From Phoronis australis (Eukaryota > Animalia > Phoronida), in contig NMRA01000235.1 of the NCBI GenBank assembly GCA_002633005.1, positions 510,964 through 574,963 of the forward strand: 64,000 nt of DNA, given 5' to 3'. Under the pieces are notes generated by a model. It did no database searches and had not been told where the DNA came from. It saw only the letters and a program-made list of their open reading frames with translations. Each line of letters begins with the position of its first letter. The stretch's first letter is position 1. This document shows positions 37,378-51,073 of this stretch, one piece after another. A program made the translations under genes and the position numbers.

Positions 37378-40300
37378 AACTAGAAAGATTTTGTCACGGA
37401 GTGACAATAATGGGCTCTGCGCGTGCGTATTACTGGAATTGTTATGGAATATCATTGACAACATCCTGTTTACTAATATGAAAGGGAACTCTTTTAAAGT
37501 GTGTTAGAAATTAAATCTTAATATTTTGATTACCTTTGCACTAAATGACCCCTCCTGATGCATTATGAGCCCCGATGAGGGAATAAGTATAAATTCCATT
37601 ATAAGTGTCGTTAATGCTAAGAAGCACAGGTGTCTTACTTGAAGCACTTTAGAATGCAAGATGAAGGAATTGGTCAAGCGTTCAGATGAAAATTGCAGAT
37701 AATGACCCTATGGATGCACCAAATGACCTGAAACTTTAAATATCAAACTCAATCGAATTTACTAACAGATATGCAATTTTGAAGTCTCTAGCTCTAAATT
37801 TAAGTTTGTATTTAATGACCTTTGACCTTTTTTCTTATTGGATTGGTCTATTGCTTAGTAAAGTAGTTTATTCGATTGACATGTCGGTTTCCACTAGTGA
37901 GCTGAAATTAAAAAGAATTCCTTGAAAAATATAAGGAGATATAACATTTTGAAAGTTAAATGACCTTTGCACTAGTTGACCCTATCCGGTGCATTATAAC
38001 TATTTTAAGGAGAATTATTGCAGGCAAAGCCCGTAAAAATGTATTTAATGCTCAGAATCACAGTTGTCTAACGGTCGACATCTCAGAATACTTGGTGAAT
38101 GGAAAAGACAAATTTTCAGAATAAAAATGCACCTAATGACCCCATGGTTGCATTAAATGACCTGAAAATTTGTATTTCAAATTGAAATAGACGTACCAAT
38201 CAGACTTGCGAATTTGAAGTTCCTAGATCAAAATGACCTTTGACATGTTTTACCTGATTGGATGATTCGATTACTCAGAAGAAGATTTTTTAATGGCTTG
38301 TTGACTAAAACTTGTGCACCGAATTTCGAAAAGATAGCTTTAAAACTGAAGAAAGAGTAGCATTTTTGCCCCAAACGACCTCTTCCAGTGCATCATGGAA
38401 TATGATTATATGAGGAATCCAAATTCATATACTCTTAAAAATCCTATGATGAAATTATGGACCGTGCCTGCACCCAACTTGGAGTTATTAAGCCTCAAAT
38501 TTGGTCGGAAGAACAAAAACAATAAGAACTAGAATGCAATTGCGTATGTGCACTTACAACTCGCGTGGTGTACGCACATGTAGAGGGAAGTATAGTCGCA
38601 TTACATTGCATAGAAGTTGCATCCTATGTGTGAAAGAGATAGATGACCCTGGTAACTATGAAAGAGCGAGAGTGAGAGAATATCATCAGAAAACTGCACT
38701 TAATGACCCCCTAGTAGCACCTAATGACTCCAAAGTTCGTGGCTGAATTTCTTTTTACTCATGAAAATAAGATACGTGAGTATGTAAGGTCCAGCTCAAA
38801 AATTGATTTTGCACTTAATTACCTTAGACCAGGAAACTCAGTTCCCTTGGTCCGATTGATATTCCAAGTGAATTTCGGATGCATTGCTCTAGTGTCTGGT
38901 TGTTAACAAAATCTGAAGAGTCTATTTAAAAACCTGTAGAAGAAGAAGCAATTTGATGGAATGCACTCCTTGGCCCTTTCGGGTAAATCCGGTACATTGA
39001 GAAGCAAGCAAACCCATGTGATCAATAAAATTTGATCGGCAATTGTTTGACCCGCCATGAATACGAACGCTCTCCCTAATGCATCATTTAAGTACAAGCT
39101 GATTGAAAAAGTATTAAATTTAACAGAAAACTGCACTTAATGGCCCCAAAGTTGCACCAAGTGACCCCAAAATTTGTGACTGAACTTCCTTCATGAATGA
39201 ACCATATGCATGATTATGAAAGGTCTAGCTTAAAAATGACTTTTGCACGTAATGACCTTTGACACGTAAACTCGGTTGCTTTGATCAGATTGGAATTAGA
39301 AGTCAATTGCAAATCCTCTTCTCCAGTGCCTGCTTGTTATCAAAATACGGAGACTCTATCTAAAAACCTGTCGAAGAAGAAGCAATATGACGGTTCGCAC
39401 TCTTTAACACGTTTCAGGTCATTGTGGTGCATTTCGAGTCAAATCCATGTGATCAATAGATTGTGCTCGGCAATTGGTTGAACTACAATGAATATGAACA
39501 CTCTCCCTAATGCAACATTTAAGTACAAGCTGATTAAAAAGTGTTAAATCTAAGAGAAAACTGAACTTAATGACCCCAAATTTGCACCAAGTGACCCCAA
39601 AGTTTGTGACTAAACTTCCTTTATGAAGGGTAGTCACAGGCATGATTATGAAAGGTATAGCTTAAAAATCAATTTTGCACTTAATGGCCTTCGCCGCGAC
39701 AGCTCGGTTCCCTTTTCCGATTGGAATTCCAAGTAAATTTCGGATGCCAATCTCTGGTGCCTACTTGTTACCAAACTTGGAAGAGTCTATCTAAAAACTT
39801 GTAGAAGAAGAAGCATTTAAGATGAATGTACTCCTTGACCCGGTTTGGGTCATTCCAGTGCATTTTGGGTCAAAACAAGATCAACAAAATATCCATTGAT
39901 CATCGTATCAATCACAATGAATATGCTTGTTGTCAATGAATCTATGTAAGAGTAATAACAATATGAAAAGGAAGAAAGAAGAATAAGAACTAGAACGCAA
40001 TTGTGCATGCGCATTTACATCTCTGCGCGTGGTGTATGCATGTGCATAGTGAAGTATAGGCACATTACATTGCATAGAAGTTGCATCCTTTGTGTGAAAG
40101 AGAGATGTCCCTGGTAACTATGAATGAGCAAGACCAAGGAGAAAGAGTATCAACCGAAAACTGCACCAAATGACCACACAGTTGCACCTAATGACCCCAA
40201 AGTTTGTGACTAAATTTTCTTTACGATTGAAAACTATATGAGTGATTGTGTAAGGTTTAGTTCAAAAATCACTTTTGCACTTATGACCTTTGAGCCGGAA

Positions 40301-42480
40301 ACTCGGTTCCTTGATCCGACTTAAATTCCACGTAAATTTTGAATGCACTTCTCTAGTGCCTTCTTGGTATCAAAATCGGGGGAGTCTATCTAAAATCCTG
40401 TCAAGAAGAAGCAACTTGACAGAATGCACTCCTTGACCCATTTCGGGTCAATCTGGTGCATGTTGAGTCAAATCCATGCGATCAATATAATTTGATCGGC
40501 AATTGGTTAAACCATCGTGAATTTAAACGCTCTCCCTAATGCATCATTCAGGTACAACCTGATTGAAAGTCTTAAATTCAACAGAAAACTACACTTAATG
40601 ACCCCAAAGTTGCACCTAGTGACCCCAAGTTGGTGACTTAATGAATGGTAATAATATGCATGATTATGAAATGTCTAGCCCAAAAATCACCTGTACCTGG
40701 TAACTATGAAACTGCATGAGTGAGAAGTAAGAACATCAACAAAAACTGCACCTAAGGACCCCACAGGTGCACCTAATGACACCAAAAATTGTGACTGAAC
40801 ATCCTTTACTAATGAAGACTATTTGCGTAATTATGTAAGGTCTAGCTCAAAATTCACTTTTGCACTTAATAACCTTTTACCCGGAAATTTGGTTCCCTTG
40901 AGCCCATTTAAATTCCAAGTAAATTTCGGATGCGGATAACTGGTGCATGCTTGTTTTCAAAATTCGGAGAGTCTAAAAACATGTAAAAGAAGAAAGAACT
41001 TGACCCATTTCGAGTCAACTCGGTGAATTTTGAGTCAAATCCATGTAATCCATAGAATTTGATTGGCAATTTGCTGAACCACCGTGAATTTGAATGATCT
41101 CCCTAATTAATTGATTAACTACAAGCTGATTAAAAAATCTTAAATTTAACAGAAAACTGCACTTAGTGACCCCAGAGTTGCACCTAGTGACCTCAAAATC
41201 TGTGACTGAACTTCGTTTAAAAATGATTATCATATGCATAATTATGAAAGATCTAGCTAAAAAATTCACTTTTGCACTGAATGACTTTTTACCCAGACAC
41301 TCAGTTTCCTTTGTCGGATTGGTAATTTTCCGATGCAAGACCTTAGTTCATACTTCTTTACAAAATTCAAAGCGTTTATCTTAAAACCTGTAGAAGAAGA
41401 ATTTTAAAGGAATGCACTCTGTTTCGGGTCATTTTGGTGCATTTTGGCTGAAAATATTATAATCACTTAATTTATTTCATTATCGTATCCACAACAAAGA
41501 ATGTGATTGCTGTTAACAAATCGATGTAAGAATAATAACAATCTCAAAAGGAAGGAAGAATAAGGATCAGAATGAGATGAATGAGAACTAGAATGAAATT
41601 GCGTATGCGCACATACAACTCTGCGCGTGGTGTATGCACGTGTAGAGTGGACTATTGGTGCATAACATTGCATAGAAGCTGCATCCTTTGTGTGAAAGAG
41701 AGCCATGTCCCTGGTGACTATGAAAGAGCAAGAGTGAAAAGAGACAATATCAACGGAAAACTGCACCAAACAAACTCGCAGTTGCACCTAATGACCCCAA
41801 AGTTTGTGATTAATTTTTCTTTATGAATGAAAACTATATACGTGATTATGTAAGGTTTAGCTCAAAAATTACTTTTGCACTTAATGGCTTTGACCCGGAA
41901 ACTCCGTTCCCTTTATCCGATTTAAATTCCACAAAAATTAATGGTGCACTTCTCTAATATCTGCTTGTTATCAAAATTCGGAGAGTCTATCTAAAAATGT
42001 AGGAGAAGAAGCACTTTGACGGAATGCACTCTCTGACCCGTTTCGAGTCATTCCGTTGTATTTCTAGTCAAATCCATGTAATTAATAGAATTTGATCGGA
42101 GATAGGTTGAACCACCATGAATTTGAACGTTCTCCTGACTGCATCAATGAAGTATCAGCTGATTAAGAAAGTATTAAATTTAAGAGAAAACTGCACTTAA
42201 TGACCCCAAAGTTGCATCCAGTGACCCCAACAGTTTGTGACTGAACTCCCTTTGTGAAAGATAATATCATGCATGATTTTGAAAGGTCTCGCTCAAAAAT
42301 CACTTTTGCACTAATGACCTTTGACCCAAAAACTCAGTTCCCTTCACCAGATTGGAATTTTAAGTAATTTCGGATGCAGATCTCTGGTGTCTACTTGTTA
42401 CCAAAATTGGAAGATTCTATCTAAAAACCTGTACAACGAGAAGTATTTTGTAAAAATGTATTCCTTGACCCGTTTCAAAA
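37378..42480. mobile_element. Stack of Helentron/HINE-like non-autonomous elements with ~430-bp internal satellite units
   Basis: AACTAGAA starts at 37378, 38527, 39988 and 41586, the last three preceded by (AGA)-rich tracts. Palindrome TTGTCAC-GGA-GTGACAA at 37391. AAAACTGCAC..AATGACC units recur at ~38692/39128/39558, 40157/40584 and 41757/42187. Confidence 0.72.
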
Positions 42481-42723
42481 AAGCCGCTGCCAAATTCATT
42501 TAAGATTTGCGTTTGGATGTCCCTGTTCATTTTAAAGCTTTCCCATTTTGGCAACATTAATTCAGAGTATTGCTGATATACTTTAAGATTCATCCATGTC
42601 CATGTATATAACTGTTATGAACAGTTCAGCCGGATGTACTAACCAGGAGACATACATGTAACGTTAGTCGGTATATTGAGAATCTCACAGAAACAGGATA
42701 TAACTTTGTGACTCAAAATTTAA

Positions 42724-43839
42724 AGGAGAATGCCACCCGATTTAATTAGTATTTTTTACCGTCTTAATTGGTCTATATCCATATCGCCTATATTGCCGAG
42801 AGGTGTCGCTTTAACCTGTGAGGAAGGTGAGAAACGACGCAGCGACGTCATTGGTTCGTTTGTATAGAGTGAATGTCGCTATATTCTGGTGCATTGTTCC
42901 CACTTGTCCGAACTATGAAGCTGCGAAGAAAGTTGGTACATCGTTTTTCGACTTCCTCGAGAGCCCAAAATGCTTAGCAAGCGCCTCGCGGTAGTGAAAA
43001 ATAAAAGGTACGCTGCTAATAGCAAGTATGCGACCGTGAAATATCTCCATTATTCAAATCATTGTTACTGTACAATGTTTGCCCTGACGGTCTGTGGAAG
43101 GGGAACCAGACTTCGCGGCTCCCAACAGTAGATTTTTAGTTTCGTTGCTAATTCACATGAATAATTACGTACATATTATATCACTTACTATTATAGTGTT
43201 TTCGTGACTGGAGGTTTAGTTTCCAATTCAAGCTGGCTTGTTTGTGCCAGTCCCGGCGGCTGCGACGGACCTGATCGGGTTCCGAGCCACTGACCGTTGA
43301 TAACGAGTTAGTCCCGCCGCAACTGGCCTGATCGGGTTCCGAGCTACTGGCTGGGATAACAAGCGTTTTTTGTGTTTAGAACTCAAAAATTCAAAAGTCC
43401 AAACAACACAGATCTAGGTTCTCCTGTATGTATTTCAAGGAAGAATACTTCGAATTTATCTCCGAACAGACTCCGAACTCCTGCTACGGACCGTGGTAAA
43501 TTGGCCTTCCGAACTGTGTAGGTGTGTCCAAATACCAATAAATCCGTAACAGCGAAATAAAACAACACGTTTTATAAGAACTCGGCGTATTTTAAAGGTT
43601 TTACATCGAAGTATGATGATTTATTTGTGTTAAACGATGAATTCAAGCGATAAGCTGACCCCACTAACCCGTGTTGTGAACTGCTGAATAGACTGCAAGT
43701 GAAACCAATTACGTCATTGGATAGTTTCAACGCCTCCGTCTGCCGTCAGTTATCACGTAACGCAACCCTACGTGCAGTTATCGAGTAGAACTACTCGATC
43801 TAAATTGATACAAAATAAGTTGTTAGGTGGCATTCTTCT
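42724..43839 (+). mobile_element. Kolobok-type element with a THAP remnant (family C)
   Basis: TTAA|AGGAGAATGCCACC ... GGTGGCATTCTTCT|TTAA (TIR 13/14). WCIVPTCPNY......TSFF/RLPREPKMLSK at 42887-43000. Confidence 0.82.
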
Positions 43840-44410
43840 TTAAACTGACTTGAACGCGGTGTGAAGAAAGCTTTTTGGATATCACCGACCTCCCCATGGA
43901 TCAGTGTGATGGAGGAGTGATACACAATCTAAGCCTAGCAAATTTCGTTTGCCTTACTACCGGTCCGACACCACACCAGTTCAGGTTCACAGAAAGGCTA
44001 TAAGCTTGAGATTGCCAGTCGATCATCTTATGTCGATACTTCTGTGATTCTCGGAACATAGTGTTAATTAGGCACATCTCGCTAAACTAACATAACTCGC
44101 CAGTTAATTATCATTTCATGGTGTTCAAGGATTCGGAATATTCTGAAGTTAAGTCCCACTTGTTGGAAACACAATGAAAAGTCATGTTTTTCGATCTTGG
44201 CGAGGCGGCCGTCGTAAATTATTTACTCGGGATTTTCCGAATGCTTGATCAAGAAAAGGGAAACTGATTAAACGGAAAATACACTTTTGCCATCTTGCAT
44301 TACAAATATTTCAATCGTTGTCCCTTGAACACGATGTAAACGTAAGAAAAAACCGACAAGTGCCGTTAGTGTAACTTACATATAGGTGATTAATTGCATC
44401 TTTCCATCGG

Positions 44411-44687
44411 TGAACATAACGTGTAAAACAACCAAGTTAGGACAGGAATATGCTGGTTTAAAAGCTACAACCAAGGATGGTCTGACATGTAGATTGGTCA
44501 ATCACGAATCTTCTCAAAAGAATGTTCGTGCGATCAAAAACGGAGACTGATTTTGACAAAATTCCTTATTCGGTGTATATGTCAAACCTATGCCCTAACC
44601 CAGAAGAATCTCCGGATGGTTCGAGGTGCTACATAAAAGGACAGTTCCCAAAGTGGGATTACTGTGACATCACATTCTGCAAAGGAT
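44411..44687 (+). pseudogene. Kringle 3 pseudo-exon, paralog of kringle 2
   Basis: ITCKTTKLGQEYAG...GLTCR [2-nt deletion near 44494] WS...SNLCPNPE...GSRCYIKGQFPKWDYCDITFCKG. Acceptor reads CGG instead of CAG; donor T|GTAGGT is retained. Confidence 0.88.
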
Positions 44688-45129
44688 GTAGGTTATTTGC
44701 TAATCATGTATGCTGAATAACCAGGGAATGCAACCGAAGTTTACGCGGTAGCATGAACTCTGATACATCTTCTCTCTAGACATCGTTTTTCGCGATTGGT
44801 GATTTTGGAGCTAAGTCAAATATGTTCTTGGGCTGGATTTGTTCTTTTGAAGCAATGGAAGAAAGATAAACCGTTTTTGGATTATTAGTGACCTATTGCT
44901 TATAGTTTTCAGATGTAGCGCTTTGGCAAGTCGGTTCAGCTTTTAGGAGGTTCCTTCCAGGACACACAAAAGCTCATCAAGCTTGAACGACTGCATTTAC
45001 AGTAGTTACATTTTAGCTTAGAATTTGCTTTAATGCTGGCTAAATCTCGATCGAATCCTTACTGGAGTTCTCCAGCTACTTTGTCGAAATCGCTCCAGGT
45101 CACTGTGCAAGACCATTCACAAATGACAA

Positions 45130-45420
45130 TTAGTGGCCACGCACAATGATGTCACACGACACTCCAAGTAAATTGCCAATCAAGTGCTGTTTTATGACGA
45201 CAAAATTTCGACTGAACTGCCAAACAATTTTGACAAATTCGCTATGGTTTGACTGGGAATGACTGCAAGACTTGTCGAATTCTGACCACTTAATTTTCAG
45301 AATTAGTGAACACTTGGCGCTATTGCAGGACTGTGTGCTTACATTTCTTACAACACAGTATACCTCAATTCTTTCGTCGTGATGTTTCTGGACCGTGCGG
45401 TAAACACTTTCCCATTTTTG
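45130..45420 (-). mobile_element. Possible Harbinger transposase N-terminal remnant
   Basis: IGNLLGVS..IV resembles the Harbinger HTH motif; heavily decayed. Confidence 0.3.
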
Positions 45421-46464
45421 GTATCCAAATTCACGCCCCAGGTTATAAATTTCCATGTTTGGCAACGATGTCTGTATCTCAAATTGATCTAGAGAATGTG
45501 CTAACACATTTCTTGGGAGATATGTTCGAACCTTTCAGCCGTCTACGGTGGCCTTGCGTCAGCCAATTGGGCGCCCGCCGCGCTGTTCTCAGCATTAGTT
45601 GCCCTTTTTCAGGCCTTTCTAAGGTATAAATTTGCAAATTTATTACATAACATGCAGTGCCATTAAAATTCACTGGGAAACGGCAATAGCCCGAGTTTCG
45701 ACCTCCAGAACCGAGATTAAACGCCTTAGTTTTGTTTCGAGAGTTTCAATGACGGTTAATTTGGACAAAGTCTTGCAAGATGTTAAATTACGGACTTATT
45801 AAGGTATATTTTGTTCAAGACCAGTTTCAGTTGAACCATTCTTAGCTAGGCGCTCCTACATGACCACAATTTCCCCCTATCACCAGAAATGACTTTTATT
45901 ATGACCATGTTCTTATGAAACTCCGAAAAATTCCTGTAGGTTGTGTCGTTATAGTTTGGGGTTGACTGGCAAGATTATTTTGAAGATGATACTTTTTTGT
46001 GATGAAAATTGCTCTAGAAAATAATTTTTCTGAAAAATTACTTCACACCCGCGGTGTGTCCCGCGGCGGAGAATTGGAATGAGTGGACCTCACTCTAGTA
46101 AGCATAAGTAATCTTTTCAAACTTATATGCTTACTGTACGTTAGTTTAGTTAAGCCCTTGATTGTTTTCGGTGATTTTTGTACGAGTTTATTGGGAAGTT
46201 ATTATGCCTAGGACCATATTGCATCCCTATTAGTATGCACTCGCGTAGCTAGTCACAGGACGTGGTAAGGGCTACACCTTTCCACATTTCCGGCCTTTAG
46301 ACAGGGTCGAAACGAATTCTTATCGAAAAAATGAACAATTAGTCGTCGTTGTCCAATTTTTGACGTTTTCCAGATCTCGTGAAGACTACTCAATAATAAA
46401 TAGAGTTTTTGTCACCGAAACATAAAATGAACGCCCCGCGTGTTGCCCAGACAGTGCAAGTCTG

Positions 46465-48510
46465 GGCCCGGTCTCCAATCTCCAAAGTCAGACTCATACT
46501 TATACTCTAGACTTCATACTTAAAATCGTGCTTAATTGAGTCGCACTCAAAAAGCGTTTTTAATGTCACAATTCCAGTAGACACCAAACGTACTCAAATC
46601 TGAGAATCGTACTCGAGTTGCTCTGGATCTCTCTGTCACGTGAAATGCAAAGCCAAGCCCAGTTGCGCTAATTCAGCGCCCGATGTTCGCATAAGATACC
46701 CTGCCAATTATTAAGATTTAACATTTGAGTTCCTAACATCCCGAAAATTTCTTAAGAAGTTTGAAACAGCTCATCCCATCAGCGTCACGGCAGAAGCAGC
46801 TACAATTTCAGTGCCTGATTTAGGCGGGGGGGGGGCAAAAGGGTTCTTAATCCCCTAAACTTTACACATTTCCTCCTGCAATTGGCATATTCACACCAAG
46901 AATTGATGGCATATTGATGCAGTGGTGGGCCGGCTACCTCGGCCTCGAGGATCACTTACCATACCCTAGGCTAACCAACATTTTTAAGGGAGAGTTTGAA
47001 TTGCACATTTCCTTTGAGGGGAGGTGGGATTTCACAGGATTGGACCTTAATTGCCAGCCGGTTGCCACGTCAGCTAATACGCCAGTCAAACCTATTAAGC
47101 CCCAGATATTTGACTCCTGTTCAACCCCCGTACTCAAGTTGTTCTTTCAATTGCTTATTAGTCTTCATCTAGAAGCCACTTACGCAGATGTCAAAACTTT
47201 GATATTGAATCTTTACTGTAAGTGCCGACGCACTCTTGTGTTTGTAGTCTGACTATATTCGCCATCTGTTGGTGGTTTATGTGTTTGCTCTCCAGCTTCT
47301 ACCGCGTATATTTTCCACGTGACTAATTCTTCAATAGAATTTTGCATATGTATAACTGCTCGGCACACCATAGTTTATAGCTGTAACGCGCGCCAGCTTA
47401 GCTCATTCGTGCTTCAACGTCCTTACATGTATCTTGAGTTTTGAGTTTAGTCGTGATTTATGCCGCAAATTGGTGTAAGTATTTTGCACTTAGTTTTGTT
47501 ACAGTATCTAGTCAGTACTTTAACGTAATTGTAACGCGTACTCTGTAACTTTAATTAGCTTTCCTCAAGTAGTTTGACGTTGTCCGAATAAGAATATATG
47601 CAATGTTTAACGTTAGTATTGTAACTTTGTAAACGACCAACGTATTGTTCAATTGTCTCATAGAACGTTTTTTTGTATGGTACAGTTGAACCGAGTAATT
47701 ATAAGAAAGAAACGAATAAAGTTTGTCAACGCAACTTATGCTCGAGTTCTCCATGTGGCTTTAACGATTTTCGCGACCACATTTACGCTTTACCGGAATG
47801 TATCAAGTTAGTTGACATACATGTACATGTATGGCAGGTGATTTAGAAACATTACATGTACAAGAATTCAAAGGCCATATCTGACCGGGACTTGACGTCT
47901 ACTTAAATATAGGCAAACGAAATCTGGAATACCATTCGGGTATTGAAGAGTTATGATGACTAAACTATGGATGTGATATGTATCTGACAGGGAAGCAACT
48001 GTTTTTCAACTTTCCTCGTCTTTGGGAAACCCACTACGAAACTTTGACCCATCTACTGCAACCAAGGCTGCACATACTTCTTACACGGCTTTTCCCACAG
48101 GTGCTTTTGACAATTGCAATGACTTGCCGACAAGGGATTGCAATACGCCTCTTACAAAGAATCATACAGTACAGTAAAAAAGAGTATATAAATTGGCGGC
48201 TATGAAATGCGCAGATAATATGACGAAGAATATTTATAATGAAAAGTATTGTCTTTGAACTGAAACTGAACCGCTGCAATATGGTATGAAAACTTATTTT
48301 TAGACATGATGTATGCCTGAGTGTCCTTTCGTTATTTTCTTCTCTCTCTCGTGTTTATTTTCGAGTACGATTTCAAGCACACTGCCAAACGAAAATTAAA
48401 ATTGAAATTTGGAGCATATATTCGGGGTTTTTTCTCAAAATGGTGTTCGAAATACAGGTATAAATGAGATACACTTAAGATCGAGTATACTCGAAAATTG
48501 AGACCGTGCT
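46465..48510 (-). mobile_element. Decayed PIF/Harbinger-like element
   Basis: Imperfect TIR GGCCCGGTCTCCAAT / ATTGAGACCGTGCT. Weak minus-strand Myb/SANT-like (~47120-47340) and transposase-like (~47900-48200) remnants. Confidence 0.45.
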
Positions 48511-49749
48511 CAAAACTGTTCGACCACTCAGCTCAGGCGTGACAACGGGAAGTCAGCTCTGCTATATTTATACCAATTAGCAGACAGATAAGAAATGCAC
48601 TTGACAGACTTGACTGTACACGTCCCCCTGTTGAGTCAACTGAAATATAAACAAGACTTCCAATACACGGTGTCAATAAGTTACTGAAGCTATGCTTTAC
48701 TGAGGTTTGATTGAGCATGTGTTTACCGAATAAAAAACGATTGTGAGACTGGGAAGGCCTGAGAGTGTAATTTGTTTCTGTGTTTTAGATTAATGAACTG
48801 CTGTGATATAACTGAATTTCGGTTGACAGAATATGAGTCGGGATCACACGGAAGCCGCTATCTCCCGTTACCCTAGACATTTCCAACATGAAAAGTACGC
48901 TATAGACCACGGTCCGATGCCATAGTACTCATTTGTTTTCGAAAAAAATCTCACTTCTGACTGAGCAGAGAATTTAAAATGTCAGCATTTACACTCAACT
49001 TTCATTTCGTTATATTTGGTTTGTTTATTACATATGCTTTTCGACTAAGGATTACCTGGGATGCCCTTTCATGATTATATCAGAAATCTACCCGTGGTAT
49101 GCGAATCAAATGTAAATATTAGGGCAATAGATAATCAAGTTTGTACAAAAACAAATATAGAATTAAAAAGCAACGAAACATAATAACGAGTATTTTATAT
49201 TCAATTGGTGTCAGTGCTTTTTCTAGGACAGGTTCGCCGGCATTTAGGAACCGTGCCAGAACTGATGTGCATAGAGATCGGATTCCGGAACCGAAATAAT
49301 CAGTCGTGATACCTAATTATATTAAAAATCTTGTATGATTGCACAAAAGAGAAAAACGTTATACCAAGCCACACCTTACTCAATTTACTATATTTCGTCA
49401 ACAACCGTGGAAACTGTTACCATGGAAAGGACAGTTGTACTTCCACCTCAATAGTATCCTCATTAGAACTATTCCGGCCGCCAGTGAAACCGGACGAGTT
49501 TTATTTCTCTGTCAATTACCGACGCGTCTCTCAATTTTCAAATTCTGATATTTTACCTCCTCGAGTGAAATGTTTTGTGTAATTCAAAAGCAATAACATG
49601 ATGAACAAAAACTATCTACCCACCGTCTTCAGAAAGTACTGTTTTTAAATTAAGTGTAACAGTCCGTCTTCCCCCAGGTGGCGTTCCACTCAATGTGCAC
49701 TGGTTCTAAAATAAAATTCATTTGATTGGACTCATCGTTAAATAATTTG

Positions 49750-50200
49750 GACTCCAATGCTGCACGTCCGATGGCTAGATATGTTTATCAAGAGGAACGT
49801 AAAACAATGGTTCCGTAACGTCAACTTGATGCTCGAGTGCAGTACGAGAAAACAACCTCTCGTCTAACCCCTTACGACGGCTACACTATAATTACCTCGG
49901 CGATGCAGTATTTTATGTTTTTCTCGTCACAAAAGCCAACATCACACCGGATCTTTACGTTTCGATGTTTGTAAATGTCGAGACAGGAAAAGGGGGATGA
50001 GTGCACGGCAAAAGTTCCACTCTCGTTCGACTGCACGATGAATCCTCTGAGCAACTCTCCCCCAGGTACTTGCAGCTCCTCCAGAGTTGGGTTTTCAATG
50101 TTGCCCCTTCTTCCTAAGCACCTGGCATCAATAAAATGACAGAACAAGGGTGCGAGATAGATGCACTGACGTAGGATATGTTAGAAACAACAATACTGTA
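49750..50200 (+). pseudogene. Possible decayed exon of the PKD-like region
   Basis: Largely open, beta-strand-like frame (YLGDAVFYVFLVTKANITPDLYVSMFVNVETG ... S*APGINKMT). Confidence 0.25.
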
Positions 50201-51073
50201 AGAGTTTTCGAGGCAAAAGTGCACATTTTGTCTTAATTTAACCAACTCTCGCTCCAAATCGGCACTTTCCCATGAACGGCTAATTAGCCCTGCAACACCT
50301 ACACCGATTGTCTGTACTTAACTGCTGTGTGAGGTGCTTAGAAATAAAGGCACTTGATAAACAGGCATCTTATCGTGAGGAAAAAGCTTATTTTTAATTT
50401 TGAAAGTTTGCAGACGGTTAAAACTATAAATATGAGTATTTTAAGTCGTGTAACTGAACTTAAAGCGCCTAAACAAATAAAATTCTATGAAATTTATTAA
50501 GTTATATTCCCAAATGATTATTTAATTGCGATATATTACTGCACCTGTCAATGAGTCACGTTCCGTATTCAAAGTGTAGAAAGTACACAGTCAATAATTT
50601 TGCGATAACTTCCAAGAAATCAGTTACAGTTTATGCTTGGTTTTTAATCAAATATACAAATTTCCGCTCACTTGGCCGCAATCACAGTAGCCTCGTCCCC
50701 GGCGGCTGGCAAACATTAATAGAAAAAAGGATTGAACTGATTTCCCAATGTGGAAATTTAATGACTTGACTAGAACGTTTGTATATACTGTCCCATATAT
50801 TGTGAATATTTTTAAACCGCGTTCAGATGCCATTTTTAATAGCACGGTCAGAAAACGTGATCTGACATCCACATATCACTGCACTCGACACACACTCACG
50901 TCCAAAAACAAACAAACAAATAATTACATCCATTCATTCACGCATGCACACCTCAGGTGAGACCATTCTCGCATATCGTATAAAGTAAACAACTTCTAAA
51001 TGGAATCAACGTGAAATTTTCCCATTTCGCAGAGAAGCTGTCATATACAGAGTTTTTATATGCAATTAATTGT

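Noticed and set aside
46096-46136. Hairpin AGTAAGCATAAGT...ACTTATATGCTTACT as a structured RNA or terminator
   Set aside because: Isolated, AT-rich and without supporting context.
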